DNA of 40,469 bases from a bacterium (GTDB taxonomy: Bacteria > CLD3 > SB21). Each line of letters opens with the position of its first letter. Positions within the stretch are counted from its first letter, which is position 1. A program made the translations under genes and the position numbers. This document shows, piece after piece, positions 14,453 through 23,346 of this stretch. The notes below the pieces were generated by a model that did no database searches, was not told the DNA's origin, and saw nothing but the letters and a program-made list of their open reading frames with translations. The stretch covers positions 1 through 40,469 of the forward strand of contig JABWCP010000006.1 in the NCBI GenBank assembly GCA_013360215.1, in the 5' to 3' direction.

Positions 14453-16603
14453 ATGGCTCCGAATACCCTTGAATCGCTGTGTATTAATACCATTCGTACA
14501 CTGTCTATGGATGCGGTACAGCAGGCCAATTCCGGCCATCCCGGAACACCGATGGCTCTGGCGCCGATCGCGTTTACGCTGTATGATAAATTTATGAAAC
14601 ACAATCCGGGCAATCCGCATTGGCCCAACCGGGATCGTTTTATTTTATCGGCAGGGCATGCATCCATGCTGCTTTACAGTACACTGCACATCAACGGGTA
14701 TGGTATTTCGCTGGACGATATCAAACAGTTTAGACAACTGCATTCCAAGTGTGCGGGGCATCCCGAATACGGTCTGGCTCCGGGCATCGAAACGACAACG
14801 GGGCCTTTGGGAACGGGCGTGGCGAATTCGGTCGGTTTTGCCATCGCTGAAAAATGGTTGGCGCAATATTTCAATCGCCCCGGCCATGAAATTTTGAATT
14901 ACAGCATTTTTGCCGTGGCCGGTGACGGATGTATGATGGAAGGCATTTCCGGCGAAGCCGCATCGCTGGCAGGCCACCTCGGATTGGATAATCTCATTTG
15001 GATCTATGATAACAATAAAATTACGATCGAAGGTTCGACATCGCTGGCGTTCAGCGAAGATGTGATGAAACGTTTTGAAGCGTACGGTTGGTTTGTGCAA
15101 CATATCACCGATGCCAATGATACCAACGCGTTATCGTCCGCCATCGAGCGCGCTCAGCAAACCAAAGGTAAACCGTCGTTTATCATGGTGGATAGTCACA
15201 TCGGATACGGTGCACCGCACAAACAGGATTCGCACTCGGCACACGGTGAACCGCTCGGCGAAGAGGAGATTAAAGCGACGAAACAGGTTTACGGTTGGGA
15301 TCCCGAAAAAAAATTCTTTGTGCCGGATGACGTAAAAGCATACAGCCAATTTGCCGTAGAAAAAGGTTCGCAACACGAGCAGGAATGGCAGAAAAAATTT
15401 GAAGTTTACCGCACTGCGTTTCCGGATCTGGCCAAACAATTTGAGTTAATTCAGAAACGGGAATTACCCGAAGGTTGGGATGCCGATCTGCCGGTATTTC
15501 CGGTCGACGCCAAAGGCGTTGCGGGGCGTGATGCCGGAGGTCAGTTGATCAATGCCTTAGCGGCCAAAATACCCTGGCTTGTCGGTGGCGCCGCGGATCT
15601 TGCTCCCTCTACGAAAACTCTGATCAAAGGCGCAAAAAGTTTTAGTCGTGACAATCGCGACGGTCGAAATTTTCACTTTGGTATTCGTGAACATGCCATG
15701 GGCGCTATCGTCAACGGCATGACACTCAGCGGGTTGCATGCGTACGGTTCGGGTTTTCTGATTTTTTCGGATTATATGCGACCCACATTTCGGTTGGCGG
15801 CGCTGATGCAACAGCCGTCGTTGTTTGTTTTCACGCATGACAGTATCGGTGTCGGTGAAGACGGCCCGACCCACCAACCGATCGAACAAGTCGGCTCGTT
15901 GCGCGCTATTCCTAATCTTGAGGTGATCCGCCCGGCGGATGCCAATGAGGTGGCGGAAGCATGGAAATATATGATGCGACTTAAGGATAAACCGGCGGCT
16001 CTGATTTTGACACGCCAGGCTTTACCGACGATGGATCGCACTAAATACGCGCCGGCTTCCGGTGCGCAACGCGGCGGATACATTTTAGCCGACTGCAAAG
16101 GTAAACCGGATATCATTCTGATCGGTACGGGTTCCGAGGTACAACTGTGTATCGGGGCCTATGAAAAACTGACGGCGGAGGGTTATAAATGCCGCGTGGT
16201 GAGCCTGCCGTGCTGGAGTTTATTTGAACGTCAAGGCAAGGCGTACTGGGAAAAAGTACTGCCGAGCGATGTGCGTTGCCGCATAGCCGTTGAGGCCGCA
16301 GCCAGCTTCGGATGGCGGCGTTATACGGGTATCGAAGCCGATGGCGGTATCATCGCCATGCGCAGTTTTGGCGAATCCGCTCCGATCAAAGCGTTGTTAG
16401 AAGAGTTCGGTTTTACTACGGAAGCGGTGGTGAAACTAGCCAAACAGAAACTGAAACAATTTGGGAAAGCCGCGCCTAAAAAAACAGTAAGCGCTAAAAA
16501 CAAACCTGCTAAAAAAGCCAAGAGCAAGCCGAAGTCTAAAAGCACGAACAAAAAAACGGTATCAAAGAAGAAGCAAACAAGCGGAAAAAGGAAACGCAAA
16601 TAA
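14453..16603 (+). CDS. tkt: Transketolase with a Lys-rich C-terminal tail
   Basis: SGHPGTPM, NRDRFILSAGHASM, GHPE, TTGPLG, GDGCMMEG TPP motif, FGIREHAM, THDSIGVGEDGPTHQP; 45-aa basic extension. Confidence 0.98.
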   Translation: MAPNTLESLCINTIRTLSMDAVQQANSGHPGTPMALAPIAFTLYDKFMKHNPGNPHWPNRDRFILSAGHASMLLYSTLHINGYGISLDDIKQFRQLHSKCAGHPEYGLAPGIETTTGPLGTGVANSVGFAIAEKWLAQYFNRPGHEILNYSIFAVAGDGCMMEGISGEAASLAGHLGLDNLIWIYDNNKITIEGSTSLAFSEDVMKRFEAYGWFVQHITDANDTNALSSAIERAQQTKGKPSFIMVDSHIGYGAPHKQDSHSAHGEPLGEEEIKATKQVYGWDPEKKFFVPDDVKAYSQFAVEKGSQHEQEWQKKFEVYRTAFPDLAKQFELIQKRELPEGWDADLPVFPVDAKGVAGRDAGGQLINALAAKIPWLVGGAADLAPSTKTLIKGAKSFSRDNRDGRNFHFGIREHAMGAIVNGMTLSGLHAYGSGFLIFSDYMRPTFRLAALMQQPSLFVFTHDSIGVGEDGPTHQPIEQVGSLRAIPNLEVIRPADANEVAEAWKYMMRLKDKPAALILTRQALPTMDRTKYAPASGAQRGGYILADCKGKPDIILIGTGSEVQLCIGAYEKLTAEGYKCRVVSLPCWSLFERQGKAYWEKVLPSDVRCRIAVEAAASFGWRRYTGIEADGGIIAMRSFGESAPIKALLEEFGFTTEAVVKLAKQKLKQFGKAAPKKTVSAKNKPAKKAKSKPKSKSTNKKTVSKKKQTSGKRKRK

Positions 16604-16622
16604 ACGATTACATTCGTATAAC

Positions 16623-16658
16623 AAAAAAGGCTTCGGTGTTTAACCGAAGCCTTTTTTT
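16623..16658. terminator. Bidirectional intrinsic terminator between tkt and E1
   Basis: AAAAAA-GGCTTCGGT-GTTTA-ACCGAAGCC-TTTTTTT. Confidence 0.92.
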
Positions 16659-16675
16659 ATGTCCGCGAAAAATTC

Positions 16676-18721
16676 TCAATAGGCCATGATGTTTTCGATA
16701 GCATGGGCGATTTTGGCTTCATCCACCAGCACCGCGGCTTCCAGAATACGTGAGAAGGGGATCGGGCAATCCGCACTGCATACGCGCGTCACCGGGGCGT
16801 CAAGATATTCAAAACATTCCTGAGTTATGCGCGCTGCGATTTCACCGCTAAATCCGCCGGTAGCCTGATTTTCGGTCACGACTAAAACGCGATTGGTTTT
16901 TTGAACCGAGCGTTTGATCGTTTCCATATCCAGCGGTACGATGGAGCGGATGTCGATCACTTCAGCATGGATACCTTTATCGGCCATTTTTCCGGCAGCA
17001 CGCAAAGACCAATGTACGGGTGTTCCGTAGGTAACGATGGTTACATCCTGGCCTTCACGACGCACGCGGGCTTTGCCAAACGGTACAAAATGATTTTCAT
17101 CCGTTTTGGGGCTTTGCGCAAAAATCTGATTGTACAAAAATTTAGGCTCGAGGAAAAAAGTAATACCGCGGGAGCGAATGGCGGTACGCAAAAGTCCTGC
17201 CGCATCATCGGCAAAAGACGGTACAACGACACGCACGCCCGGAAGATTAGCCATTATGCCCTCCACAGTTTGTGAGTGGTAGAGGCCGCCGCCGATATAT
17301 CCGCCGCTGGCGAGGCGAATTACGATATTGGGGCAGTTTTGACCATTGCTGCGATAGTATTCATGGCTCGTTTCGACGATTTGCTCCATCGCAGGCCACA
17401 CATAGTCTGCAAACTGAGCGGCTTCGATCACGACGCGCACATTATCATGCCAACGCGAAAATCCGTTGGCCGTGCCGACGATAAAATCTTCGGCAATCGG
17501 CGCATTAAATACGCGCCCGCGTCCGAATTCCTGTTGCATGCCTTTGGTCGCATTAAATACACCGCCTTTATCTTTGGAAGCGACGTCTTGTCCCCACAAA
17601 AACGTATCGGGATTATGTCGAAATTCTTCGTGAAATACGCGGTTCATCGCCTGTAGTATTTTTTCGGTAGGTTCGCCGTCCGGTGTAGGCGTTTCTTCGA
17701 CCTGAATCGGTTCGGGTGTCACAAAATCCATGGCGGTCGCGGGATCGGGAGTAGGCGCGGCTTCCGCTTTGGCAGCCGCTTCATCGACGATGTTTTTATT
17801 ATCATTTTCGATCGCCGTAATTTCGTCTTCGCTAAAAATGCGCTCTTCGACTAAAAAGGAACGGAATTTATGCAAAGGATCTAACTTTTGCATGTCGGCT
17901 AATTCTTCCGGCGAACGGTATAATTCATGACGATCGCTATTGGAGTGCGAATTCATACGAACACAATCGGCATGCACGATGGCCGGACCTTCACCGGAAC
18001 GCACGTACGCGATGGCTTCGTCCATGGCGCGACGGCTGTCAAAAAAATCTTTGCCGTCGCAATTGAAAATTTTCAAGTTTTTGAGGCCTCTGAAATTTTC
18101 CGATACGACGTAGTTGGCTGTTTGTTCTTCGGTGGGAACCGAAATGCCGTAGTGATTGTTTTGAATAATAAATATCACCGGTAACTGTTCACGCGAAGCG
18201 CCGTTCATGGCTTCATACACGTAGCCTTCCGAGGACGAAGAGTCGCCGAAGCTGGCAAAAGCGATCGCGTCGGATTTATAATACTTGATCGCACGCGCGA
18301 CACCGACCGCATGCAGCGTGTGATTGGAAACGCAGGATGAAACGTTTTCGATCTGAATTTCCGGTTTCGCAAAGTGGTTGGACATATGGCGTCCGCCGCT
18401 GGCCACATCATCTTTGCGGCTGAGACCGTTGAGCATGATTTCATAAGGGGAAATGCCGGCGGCAAGGCATGTCAATTGATCGCGGTAGTAGGGGAAAAGA
18501 AAATCTTTGTTGGCGCGAAAGGAAAGGCCGAGGGCGAGCTGAATGCCTTCGTGTCCGCCGCACATCGCGAGGTAAGACCAACCTTTGGATTGGCGGATAA
18601 ATATGGAAGCCTGATTATCGATCAGGCGACTCATATGCGCCAGAGTGTACCATTGTTTAAGAGTGTCGCGTTTGATTTCGGGACGTTTGGCTCCCGATTT
18701 GGATGATGCAACAGCTTCCAA
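16676..18721 (-). CDS. 2-oxoacid (probably branched-chain) dehydrogenase E1, fused alpha+beta subunits
   Basis: FPYYRD, GGRHMSNH, GDSSSSEG...NN TPP motif, HSNSD, GQDV..KGGVF, GGGLYHSQ, EPKFLY. Start moved to TTG 18721, which has a GGAGAG RBS; the ORF-track TTG at 18814 coincides with the -35 box. Confidence 0.92.
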   Translation of the reverse strand: MEAVASSKSGAKRPEIKRDTLKQWYTLAHMSRLIDNQASIFIRQSKGWSYLAMCGGHEGIQLALGLSFRANKDFLFPYYRDQLTCLAAGISPYEIMLNGLSRKDDVASGGRHMSNHFAKPEIQIENVSSCVSNHTLHAVGVARAIKYYKSDAIAFASFGDSSSSEGYVYEAMNGASREQLPVIFIIQNNHYGISVPTEEQTANYVVSENFRGLKNLKIFNCDGKDFFDSRRAMDEAIAYVRSGEGPAIVHADCVRMNSHSNSDRHELYRSPEELADMQKLDPLHKFRSFLVEERIFSEDEITAIENDNKNIVDEAAAKAEAAPTPDPATAMDFVTPEPIQVEETPTPDGEPTEKILQAMNRVFHEEFRHNPDTFLWGQDVASKDKGGVFNATKGMQQEFGRGRVFNAPIAEDFIVGTANGFSRWHDNVRVVIEAAQFADYVWPAMEQIVETSHEYYRSNGQNCPNIVIRLASGGYIGGGLYHSQTVEGIMANLPGVRVVVPSFADDAAGLLRTAIRSRGITFFLEPKFLYNQIFAQSPKTDENHFVPFGKARVRREGQDVTIVTYGTPVHWSLRAAGKMADKGIHAEVIDIRSIVPLDMETIKRSVQKTNRVLVVTENQATGGFSGEIAARITQECFEYLDAPVTRVCSADCPIPFSRILEAAVLVDEAKIAHAIENIMAY

Positions 18722-18785
18722 AATGTCTCTCCGTTTTTGGTGAAACCTATGTTTTAACAACTCTGTTTTTTTCAATAAACGCGGC

Positions 18786-18814
18786 ACTATAGTGAAAAAA
18801 TCAAAGCGATTCAA
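18786..18814 (-). promoter_or_regulatory. Putative sigma70 promoter of E1
   Basis: Minus strand TTGAAT (18814-18809), 17-nt spacer, TATAGT (18791-18786). Confidence 0.65.
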
Positions 18815-18877
18815 GCAAATTGTTGGGTCAACGATTTAACCAAAATGGTTAGGTGAGGCAACAAAAGTCAGCGTGAA

Positions 18878-19558
18878 CTATTCTTCAAGAATGTATTCGA
18901 AGGTGAGAAACGAAGTGACGATAATGGTGACATCAAAACCGAGGAGAATCTTAATCCAATCGAAGGCTCCGGACAAAGGTTCCCCACGGAGTAAAACGGC
19001 TGTGGCTTCGACGGCTGCAATAATCATGGGTATGGTAACCGGGAACAAAAGCACCGGCAAGAGCACCTCACGCATGCGGGTATTCAGTGCTACGGCGGAA
19101 AAAACCGTACCCGTACCGATAAAGCCAAGCGTGCCGAGTATGCTGATCAGGAGTAATCCCGGGAGTTGTTCCCATATATTGACATTAAAGAAGAGTACAA
19201 ACACCGGTATGATAAACAGTTCAACGGTAAACATAAACATCGCGCCGGAGAGCAATTTACCCAGATAAATGGCGCCTTTATCAACGGGCACCATGATAAG
19301 CGCCTGCATATTGCCGTTATCGTTTTCCGATGCGAAAGCGCGGTTAAGTCCCAAAGTGCCGGCAAATGTAAAGGCGACCCACAGCATGCCGGCGCCAATC
19401 TCCTGTATTTCCTGAGAACCCGGGCTGACAGTAAAATTGAACACCACCAACACGAGAATACCAAACACCAGCATGGCACTGAATGATTCTTTAGTGCGCT
19501 TTTCGGTAAGGAAGTCCTTCTCGAAGATGGTCCAAACGATGCGGAGAAAGGCGTTCAT
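18878..19558 (-). CDS. ccmB: Heme exporter protein CcmB
   Basis: KDFLTEKRTKE, GMLWVAF.FAG.LGLNRAF.SE..NG.MQAL, IYLGKL, REVLLPVLLFPVTIP; about six TM helices. Confidence 0.9.
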   Translation of the reverse strand: MNAFLRIVWTIFEKDFLTEKRTKESFSAMLVFGILVLVVFNFTVSPGSQEIQEIGAGMLWVAFTFAGTLGLNRAFASENDNGNMQALIMVPVDKGAIYLGKLLSGAMFMFTVELFIIPVFVLFFNVNIWEQLPGLLLISILGTLGFIGTGTVFSAVALNTRMREVLLPVLLFPVTIPMIIAAVEATAVLLRGEPLSGAFDWIKILLGFDVTIIVTSFLTFEYILEE

Positions 19559-19584
19559 GTGTTCTTAAGTTAGTATCGTAGCCT

Positions 19585-19614
19585 AAAACAACAACACCAG
19601 CTTGCGCTGGTGTT
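19585..19614 (-). terminator. GNRA-capped hairpin after tRNA-Pro
   Basis: Minus strand AACACCAGC-GCAA-GCTGGTGTT-GTTGTTTT. Confidence 0.6.
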
Positions 19615-19665
19615 AAAAAATTTGTTTTATTTCGACATAAAATCCATGTGTTGCGATATGTATCG

Positions 19666-19740
19666 TCGGGGTGGGGAGATTCGAACTCCCGACCTCTTGG
19701 TCCCGAACCAAGCACGCTAACCGGGCTGCGCTACACCCCG
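19666..19740 (-). tRNA. tRNA-Pro (anticodon CGG); CCA end not encoded
   Basis: CGGGGTGTAGCGCAGCCCGGTTAGCGTGCTTGG-TT-CGG-GA-CCAAGAGGTCGGGAGTTCGAATCTCCCCACCCCGA forms a cloverleaf with C1-G72 and A73; it is followed by CGA rather than CCA. Confidence 0.97.
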
Positions 19741-19777
19741 AACATAAAACAATGCCCTGATACAACAAGGCGGGGCA

Positions 19778-19806
19778 ATCATGCTAAAAAAAAAACTTAA
19801 ATGCAA
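19778..19806 (-). promoter_or_regulatory. Putative stable-RNA promoter for tRNA-Pro
   Basis: Minus strand TTGCAT (19806-19801), 17-nt spacer, CATGAT (19783-19778), then a GC-rich discriminator TGCCCCGCC. Confidence 0.55.
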
Positions 19807-19820
19807 CAAGTTTTTAGCAG

Positions 19821-20066
19821 CTATGCCACTTCGATCTGATACTGTTCGATGACAAGATTGGCCAAAAGTTTCTGACACATCGTATCGGCCTGACGTGCCG
19901 CGTCTTCTTTTGAAGAGGCTTCCATTTTTATTTCGATATACCGGCCGAGCCGAACGTCATCTATTCCGTTAAAACCGAGAGTTTCAAGCGAAGACATGAC
20001 AACTTTGCCCTGGGGATCCAGGACTCCCGCTTTAGGCGTAACTTTTATTTTGATCGTACACAGCAT
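19821..20066 (-). CDS. purS: Phosphoribosylformylglycinamidine synthase subunit PurS
   Basis: PKAGVLDPQG, VRLGRYIEI, MCQKLLANLVIEQY; 81 aa. Confidence 0.95.
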   Translation of the reverse strand: MLCTIKIKVTPKAGVLDPQGKVVMSSLETLGFNGIDDVRLGRYIEIKMEASSKEDAARQADTMCQKLLANLVIEQYQIEVA

Positions 20067-20087
20067 GTTGGATTTCCTGTTTATTTT

Positions 20088-21848
20088 TTATGGTGATGAT
20101 AAAATGCTTTGGCGAATGCGTAATTGTTTTTCCGTCGGAGCGGCGATTTCTTTAATGCTCACCGTCGGTTTTTGGGAAGCGACGATGGTTCCTTTGAGTG
20201 CTATAGGTTTTCCGTTGCGTTGAACCATGAGGCGTACCGATTCGCCCACGCTGAGCGATTCGAGCGCCTCGATGCGAGTCCGAATACCGTCCATCGTCGT
20301 AGGTAACGTTTGTTCCTGAATAGACGTGACAATATCTCCGGATTGCAAGCCCAATGCAAAAGCGGTTGAATTTTCAGACACCGATTGGACAACTAATTTT
20401 CCACCGGCACTTACATCCCAAAACCAACCGTGGGCCGGTGTATAGATGATATCATAGGCCAACCCCGCTTTTTCCAAAATCTCCCGCACCGGCAAAGGTT
20501 TCCCGCCGGCAATGTAGTGCGAATAAAACGAAGTAAAATCAACACCGGTGAACTGTTTGATGGTCATGATGAGCGTTTTGTCATCATAGGGTTTGTCTTT
20601 TTTTCCGAAGGCACGATGCATGCGCACCATCAGACTATCCATCGAAACCGCGTTATCCGTTCGATCGCGCATCTCAATATCCATAAGCCATGCCGTCAGC
20701 GAACCCTGTGTGTACATAGCCGGGGCAACGCCGATCTCCGATGCGTTCCGGCTGAGCGTCTCTAGATTGGCCGAAGGATTTTCAGCGGCAATATCGCGAA
20801 ACGTATTATAAAAAACTTTTTTCGATAAAAGCCCTGTACGCATCAGCGTAAGCTGCGCATAATATTCAGTAACGCCTTCGATAAACCAAAGGTTCTGTAT
20901 TCGTAGCGGTGCTTGATAGTTGATGATATGTAGTTCTTTGGGATGAAAACGTTCCGGATTCCAACGATGGAAAAATTCATGAGCCAGTACGCGAATCAGG
21001 TACGATGAACGCAAATTGCGCTGACTCGCGAAAGGCGGTAAGTAATACGATGACGCACGCGTGCTTTCCAAAGCACCGTACCGGCTGCCCGCTGCAAAAA
21101 AATTATATAAAAAATAATACGCTTCACTCGGACGATCGTCAAATAAGCGATTTTGGTAACGTATAATGGTTTTGGCAAGATTCAAAAGCGTGTCGGTTTT
21201 TATGTCCGTTTCGCTATTGATGACAAAATGATAATCCGTGCTATCCAGTGTAAAACGGAAAGCTTCGATAGGCCATGTACCCAAAAGCGCCGGCGCATCC
21301 ACCAGTTCATCGTAAGAACGCGCCGCATAACGGAAGTCGGAAATGCGTGACAGTGGCGTCCATACGCGCCAACCACAGGGAAGCTGAAACTCGACTTGAC
21401 AGGCTTCCGTTTGATAACCCTTGATGTAGCCAAATACGCTCGGACCATTATAAAAAAATGTCGAACGATCCATAGAGTTCAATGTGGTCGGTAATACAGG
21501 CACACTGTCTTCGGGGATGTCATGAATGCGGTAGGTGATGCGTGCGAGTTGGCGTGCGTTTTTGACAAACCATTCGTTATTATTGAGGCGTGAAACAGAT
21601 ATTTCTTTTCCTTTTATGTCCCAAGCTTGCACACTGTCAACCCAACGCCCGTAGTCCACGATACGATAGTTTCCGGGTGACCATGCCGGCATACAAAACG
21701 TTGCCGATTTGAGTTTGATTCCGGTGAGCGTGAGCGTGACGTAACCTTGATCGGAGGACGGACGGGGAATATCAAGCCGATACTGAAAGCGGGGCGTTTG
21801 AGCCGTCAATAGTCCGGCGCTAATGAATATAAAAATAATTCGTATCAG
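20088..21848 (-). CDS. Secreted M61 (glycyl aminopeptidase-like) metallopeptidase with C-terminal PDZ domain
   Basis: MPAWSPGNY, YDELVDAP, YGALE, AHEFFHRWN, LWFIEGVTEYY, PDZ GLQSGDIV. Start proposed at CTG 21848, which supplies a signal peptide; the ORF track starts at TTG 21809. Confidence 0.88.
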   Translation of the reverse strand: MIRIIFIFISAGLLTAQTPRFQYRLDIPRPSSDQGYVTLTLTGIKLKSATFCMPAWSPGNYRIVDYGRWVDSVQAWDIKGKEISVSRLNNNEWFVKNARQLARITYRIHDIPEDSVPVLPTTLNSMDRSTFFYNGPSVFGYIKGYQTEACQVEFQLPCGWRVWTPLSRISDFRYAARSYDELVDAPALLGTWPIEAFRFTLDSTDYHFVINSETDIKTDTLLNLAKTIIRYQNRLFDDRPSEAYYFLYNFFAAGSRYGALESTRASSYYLPPFASQRNLRSSYLIRVLAHEFFHRWNPERFHPKELHIINYQAPLRIQNLWFIEGVTEYYAQLTLMRTGLLSKKVFYNTFRDIAAENPSANLETLSRNASEIGVAPAMYTQGSLTAWLMDIEMRDRTDNAVSMDSLMVRMHRAFGKKDKPYDDKTLIMTIKQFTGVDFTSFYSHYIAGGKPLPVREILEKAGLAYDIIYTPAHGWFWDVSAGGKLVVQSVSENSTAFALGLQSGDIVTSIQEQTLPTTMDGIRTRIEALESLSVGESVRLMVQRNGKPIALKGTIVASQKPTVSIKEIAAPTEKQLRIRQSILSSP

Positions 21849-21859
21849 AACGCCGCCCC

Positions 21860-23329
21860 TTACTTCAATTTAGCCAGCGCTTTTTCGTACAGCTTGATCA
21901 TAGAACTCGCGCTGAGTGCCCAGTTCGCATCGGATTTCATCGCATGACGAACAAGATGATCCCAGCCGTTTTTGTCCGTTTCGTAATAGGAAACGGCGGC
22001 GGCTATTTTTTTGACCATATCCTTTTCGTCGGAGTAAATAATCGCGTTACCGGATGTGCTTTTTTCTTTGGTCGGGGTAAAACGATCACTGATGATACAT
22101 TCTTCGCGAATTACGGGTATGCCGCCGTAACGAATGCCGTTCATAAAATAGATTTCGGCGAAGTCATCCGAAGGAGGTATATACAACATATCGGCTACGG
22201 CAAAAAAATTGTGCCGGAACTGCTCTTCGGGATCCTGCATCGTAAAAAAAGTGTGGTTTGGATTTTTGGTAATCAACGGTTTTAAAGATGAGACGGACGA
22301 AATCGAATCGTTGGCCAAAATGAACAGTTGCAACTTCACATCTTTGACAGCTTTGAGAAATTGAGACAGCGCTTTATGCTGCGAAGCTAAATCCTCTACC
22401 AGAATACCAAAAATCGGGTGTGCCGGATCAAATCCTGTACGTTTATCATCTAAAAAACCTTCGCGGTTGGTGACTTTTCGCTCAAGTTTTTCCGCTGAAT
22501 AGGATTTATATAAGGTATTATTATTGACCGGACTCCAATAATTGTGCTCTCCGCCAAAATAAGACTCCTGCACCATTTTGGCCGATGCCAAAATAGCCTC
22601 CACATCGTTGGCCGGTTTGGTGATGGTCTTCAGATGTTTATGCGTCATCGGTATCGTGACGGCATCGGAATGCATGATAGCTGTTTTGAGAAAACTGAAT
22701 TTGCTTTTGTGAAAGCATTTTTCTTTTTCGATGATGTGCGCCTGGCCGAAGGCCTTGTCAAAAACGGATTTGTCAAACAAAGCGGGTTCTTCCGTGTTAA
22801 TAACGGAAAATGTAATGATCGTTTTTTTGAAAAAATTATTTTGCTTCTGCTCTTCGCGGATCATGGCGGGCAAAAGGCCGGACTGCCAATCTATACAGTG
22901 TACGATATCCGGCTGCCATCCCAGAGTTTTTAAGGTTTCGATAGCCGTGCGGGCCAACAAAATAAAACGTTCATCGTTGTCTTTATAATATTCGCCCGTG
23001 CGTTTATCACGGTAGAGATCGGAGCGTTTGTAGTATTTTTCTTGTTCGGCAAAATATATCTGCGTTTTGGTTTCCGGAATGAAGCCCGATTTGACGGACA
23101 CCGGCAGATCGCCGTTATACATTTTTACGGGAATGTCTTTCATCCGAATAATATCGCGGATGATGTGTTTTCGCTCATTGATCAGACTGTATTTGGGCAT
23201 AAGTACGCGCACTTCATGTCCCATAGATTGCAATTGTGCAGGCAACCCGGCCGCAAATTCGGCTACGCGTCCGTCACGGGCAAAAGGGTAAACCGCCGGT
23301 GCTACAAAAAAAATTTTGGATTTTTTCAT
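21860..23329 (-). CDS. Glycogen/starch synthase-like GT-B protein with degenerate catalytic motifs
   Basis: GHEVRVLMPKY, YKDNDERF, WQPDIVHCIDWQSG, RYGGIPVIR, AM..D..W..SA...LY. KTGGL, RL..QKG and EPCGL motifs are absent. Confidence 0.85.
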   Translation of the reverse strand: MKKSKIFFVAPAVYPFARDGRVAEFAAGLPAQLQSMGHEVRVLMPKYSLINERKHIIRDIIRMKDIPVKMYNGDLPVSVKSGFIPETKTQIYFAEQEKYYKRSDLYRDKRTGEYYKDNDERFILLARTAIETLKTLGWQPDIVHCIDWQSGLLPAMIREEQKQNNFFKKTIITFSVINTEEPALFDKSVFDKAFGQAHIIEKEKCFHKSKFSFLKTAIMHSDAVTIPMTHKHLKTITKPANDVEAILASAKMVQESYFGGEHNYWSPVNNNTLYKSYSAEKLERKVTNREGFLDDKRTGFDPAHPIFGILVEDLASQHKALSQFLKAVKDVKLQLFILANDSISSVSSLKPLITKNPNHTFFTMQDPEEQFRHNFFAVADMLYIPPSDDFAEIYFMNGIRYGGIPVIREECIISDRFTPTKEKSTSGNAIIYSDEKDMVKKIAAAVSYYETDKNGWDHLVRHAMKSDANWALSASSMIKLYEKALAKLK

Positions 23330-23346
23330 ATCCTAAACAAACTCCA

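Noticed and set aside
19491-19715. 74-aa minus-strand ORF
   Set aside because: It is a translation through the tRNA-Pro gene and its downstream hairpin.
19560-19820. Possible integration (att) site or island at tRNA-Pro
   Set aside because: No integrase, no duplicated tRNA 3' end noticed, and housekeeping genes on both sides.
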